Made by a program: the position numbers and the translations under genes | Shown here: one piece after another, positions 62,358 to 64,000 of the stretch | Numbering within the stretch: position 1 is the stretch's first letter | How the letters are laid out: every line of letters begins with the position of its first letter | Assembly (NCBI GenBank): GCA_002269645.1 | Contig: NIVC01000024.1 | Coordinates: 124,001 to 188,000, forward strand | Direction of reading: 5' to 3' | Source of the DNA: Macrostomum lignano | Lineage: Eukaryota | DNA: 64,000 nucleotides | The notes under the pieces: generated by a model | What the model saw: the letters and a program-made list of their open reading frames with translations, nothing else | Databases searched by the model: none | Told to the model about the DNA's origin: nothing

Positions 62358-64000
62358 AGATCTATGGCATACCTACATACATGTTATGTTAGGATCAAAT
62401 AAAGTTTTTTTATGTAAAATATGCCATATGCAACCCATAGTTAGGATCACGGCATGCCTATACCAGAACAAATCTTATCAAGTAGTTTGATTGTGCCATA
62501 TACCAGAACAAGTACTATCAAAAAAGTTTGCTTGCACTATATACTACAAAGGGTTGCTTTCACAAACTCTAAATTTCACACAGTTGCAAGACACAAATTT
62601 TCAAAAGCTTTAAATTTTATGTGTTGCTTATTTCAAACATTGTAAAAAATAGGGTTTAAAAAATGACCCTACTACAACTTTTAAAAAATGCAAAAATTAG
62701 TAATTGTCCATTTAAAAAATATTACTAAAACTTGTATTTGAATCTGTTTCATAGAATATGCTATGTTAACATATAAGTCATTATTCAATTAATTTAATTT
62801 AATCAATTAATTAACGTCTATTGTTTTTATGAAGGCTTTATTTTGCTGTCTATTTGTTACTTGTGAAGAACAAAGATTCTATCCAGATGTCCCCCATTGG
62901 GGGCGAAGATTGCTAGTAACATGCTAATTTTCTATCAAAGAAAATATTGTCTTGTCAGAAGTTTTTGTGCACCATACTGCGCTAGATTTTTGTCCCTTGC
63001 TTGCTATTGCACCAGAAAGTATCAGTGCAGTGCATGTCCAACCCCTTTATGTGCTGGAATTTTCCATAAAAATGGCCATCTTCTTGACTATGGTATGCAA
63101 TACCATCTACATAGATTCACAAAACAAGAAATGAAACAACTTTTTTCAACTTTTAGCATATAAAAGTATTTAAAAATAAAAAAACTTCTTTTATAATTGT
63201 CTTTTCTCAGTGAATACTAAAGAAGTGTATATTTTTTAATTTGCTACTCTGCATTGATAATAAATTAAATAAAAAGTATATAACTTTGGTGTACAAAGTT
63301 TGAAAACATTTTTTAGTCTAGGTGTACAAATGTAGGCAATTGTCAAGTTTCATTCATTAAATTATTTTGACTCTAGAAAAGTAATCTACAAACTATTTTA
63401 AGTATAAATAAATACTTTAAAGAGACTTAAGCCTGATTAAGCACTAATTCTATGCTTCAAAACTTGTTATAATGTATCTGACACTAGAAAGCTACAATAG
63501 TCTTGTCTTATAATCTATGGCCAGAACATTTGAAAATTTTTTGACTTGAAAAAAGGTATATGGTCAAGTCTAAACATCAATGATCTTTAACAAGTTGACG
63601 AATAACAAACAACTAAAAGTAAAGTTCTAATTTTAGTAAGGCTATGCTACGTGCCATTCATGGGACTTCACAAGCCCTATTTGAAACATATTTAAATTAG
63701 TGCCTGATTAAGCTTAAAATCTTAAAAATAGCTATTTATACTTACAATAGTTTGTACCATATTTTTCTAGAGTCAAACAAATTAAACAAATGGAACTTGA
63801 CAATTGCCAAATATGGTCCTATAGTTTTTCCCCTTAAAGATCTAGTATACATTAATATACTCGTAAAATCTAAACAATAATATATAATATAGTGGGATAT
63901 ATATTCTTATTTTAAAATAAATGATTATTGTAGCTTAGGTTTATATTTGAATCTATATTTGAATGAAAAGTGCATTTCTAAAATTTATAGAAAATAAAAG

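Larger units (their letters stand above)
59799..62916 (+). mobile_element. Non-autonomous Helitron (copy 2), older, with nested insertions
   Basis: A^TC..ATATACTAAAAA start; homology to 50385-50750; last ~95 bp nearly identical to 53475-53573, ending CTAG^T. Confidence 0.82.

Overview
Eukaryotic (metazoan) genomic DNA with spliceosomal GT-AG introns; no prokaryotic or CRISPR content. The GC-rich exons, minisatellite-filled introns and abundant mariner/Helitron elements suggest a free-living flatworm such as Macrostomum (inference only). I reconstructed nine host genes by hand with consistent splice phases: AKAP7-like 2H phosphodiesterase (-), a ~1400-aa protein with an SH3-like segment and 39-aa repeats (+), two divergently oriented intronless C-type lectin + PAN-like genes, a Ly6/quiver-like GPI protein (-), two tandem neugrin-like genes (-), a C3orf18/SMIM29-family membrane protein (+) and calnexin (-). 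The rest is about 25 minisatellite arrays (17-113 bp units), nested DNA transposons and a Helitron family whose copies carry different internal satellites. Best candidates for something new: (1) the inverted lectin pair, with near-identical constant blocks around strongly diverged ligand-binding segments; (2) inverted repeats with inner tandem units bracketing the AKAP7 gene; (3) Helitrons as satellite carriers, including a head-to-tail junction; (4) sharp CpG deserts enriched in TAGGCCTA; (5) in-frame acceptors just upstream of start codons that fit spliced-leader trans-splicing. All alignments and counts were done by eye, and array boundaries are approximate.
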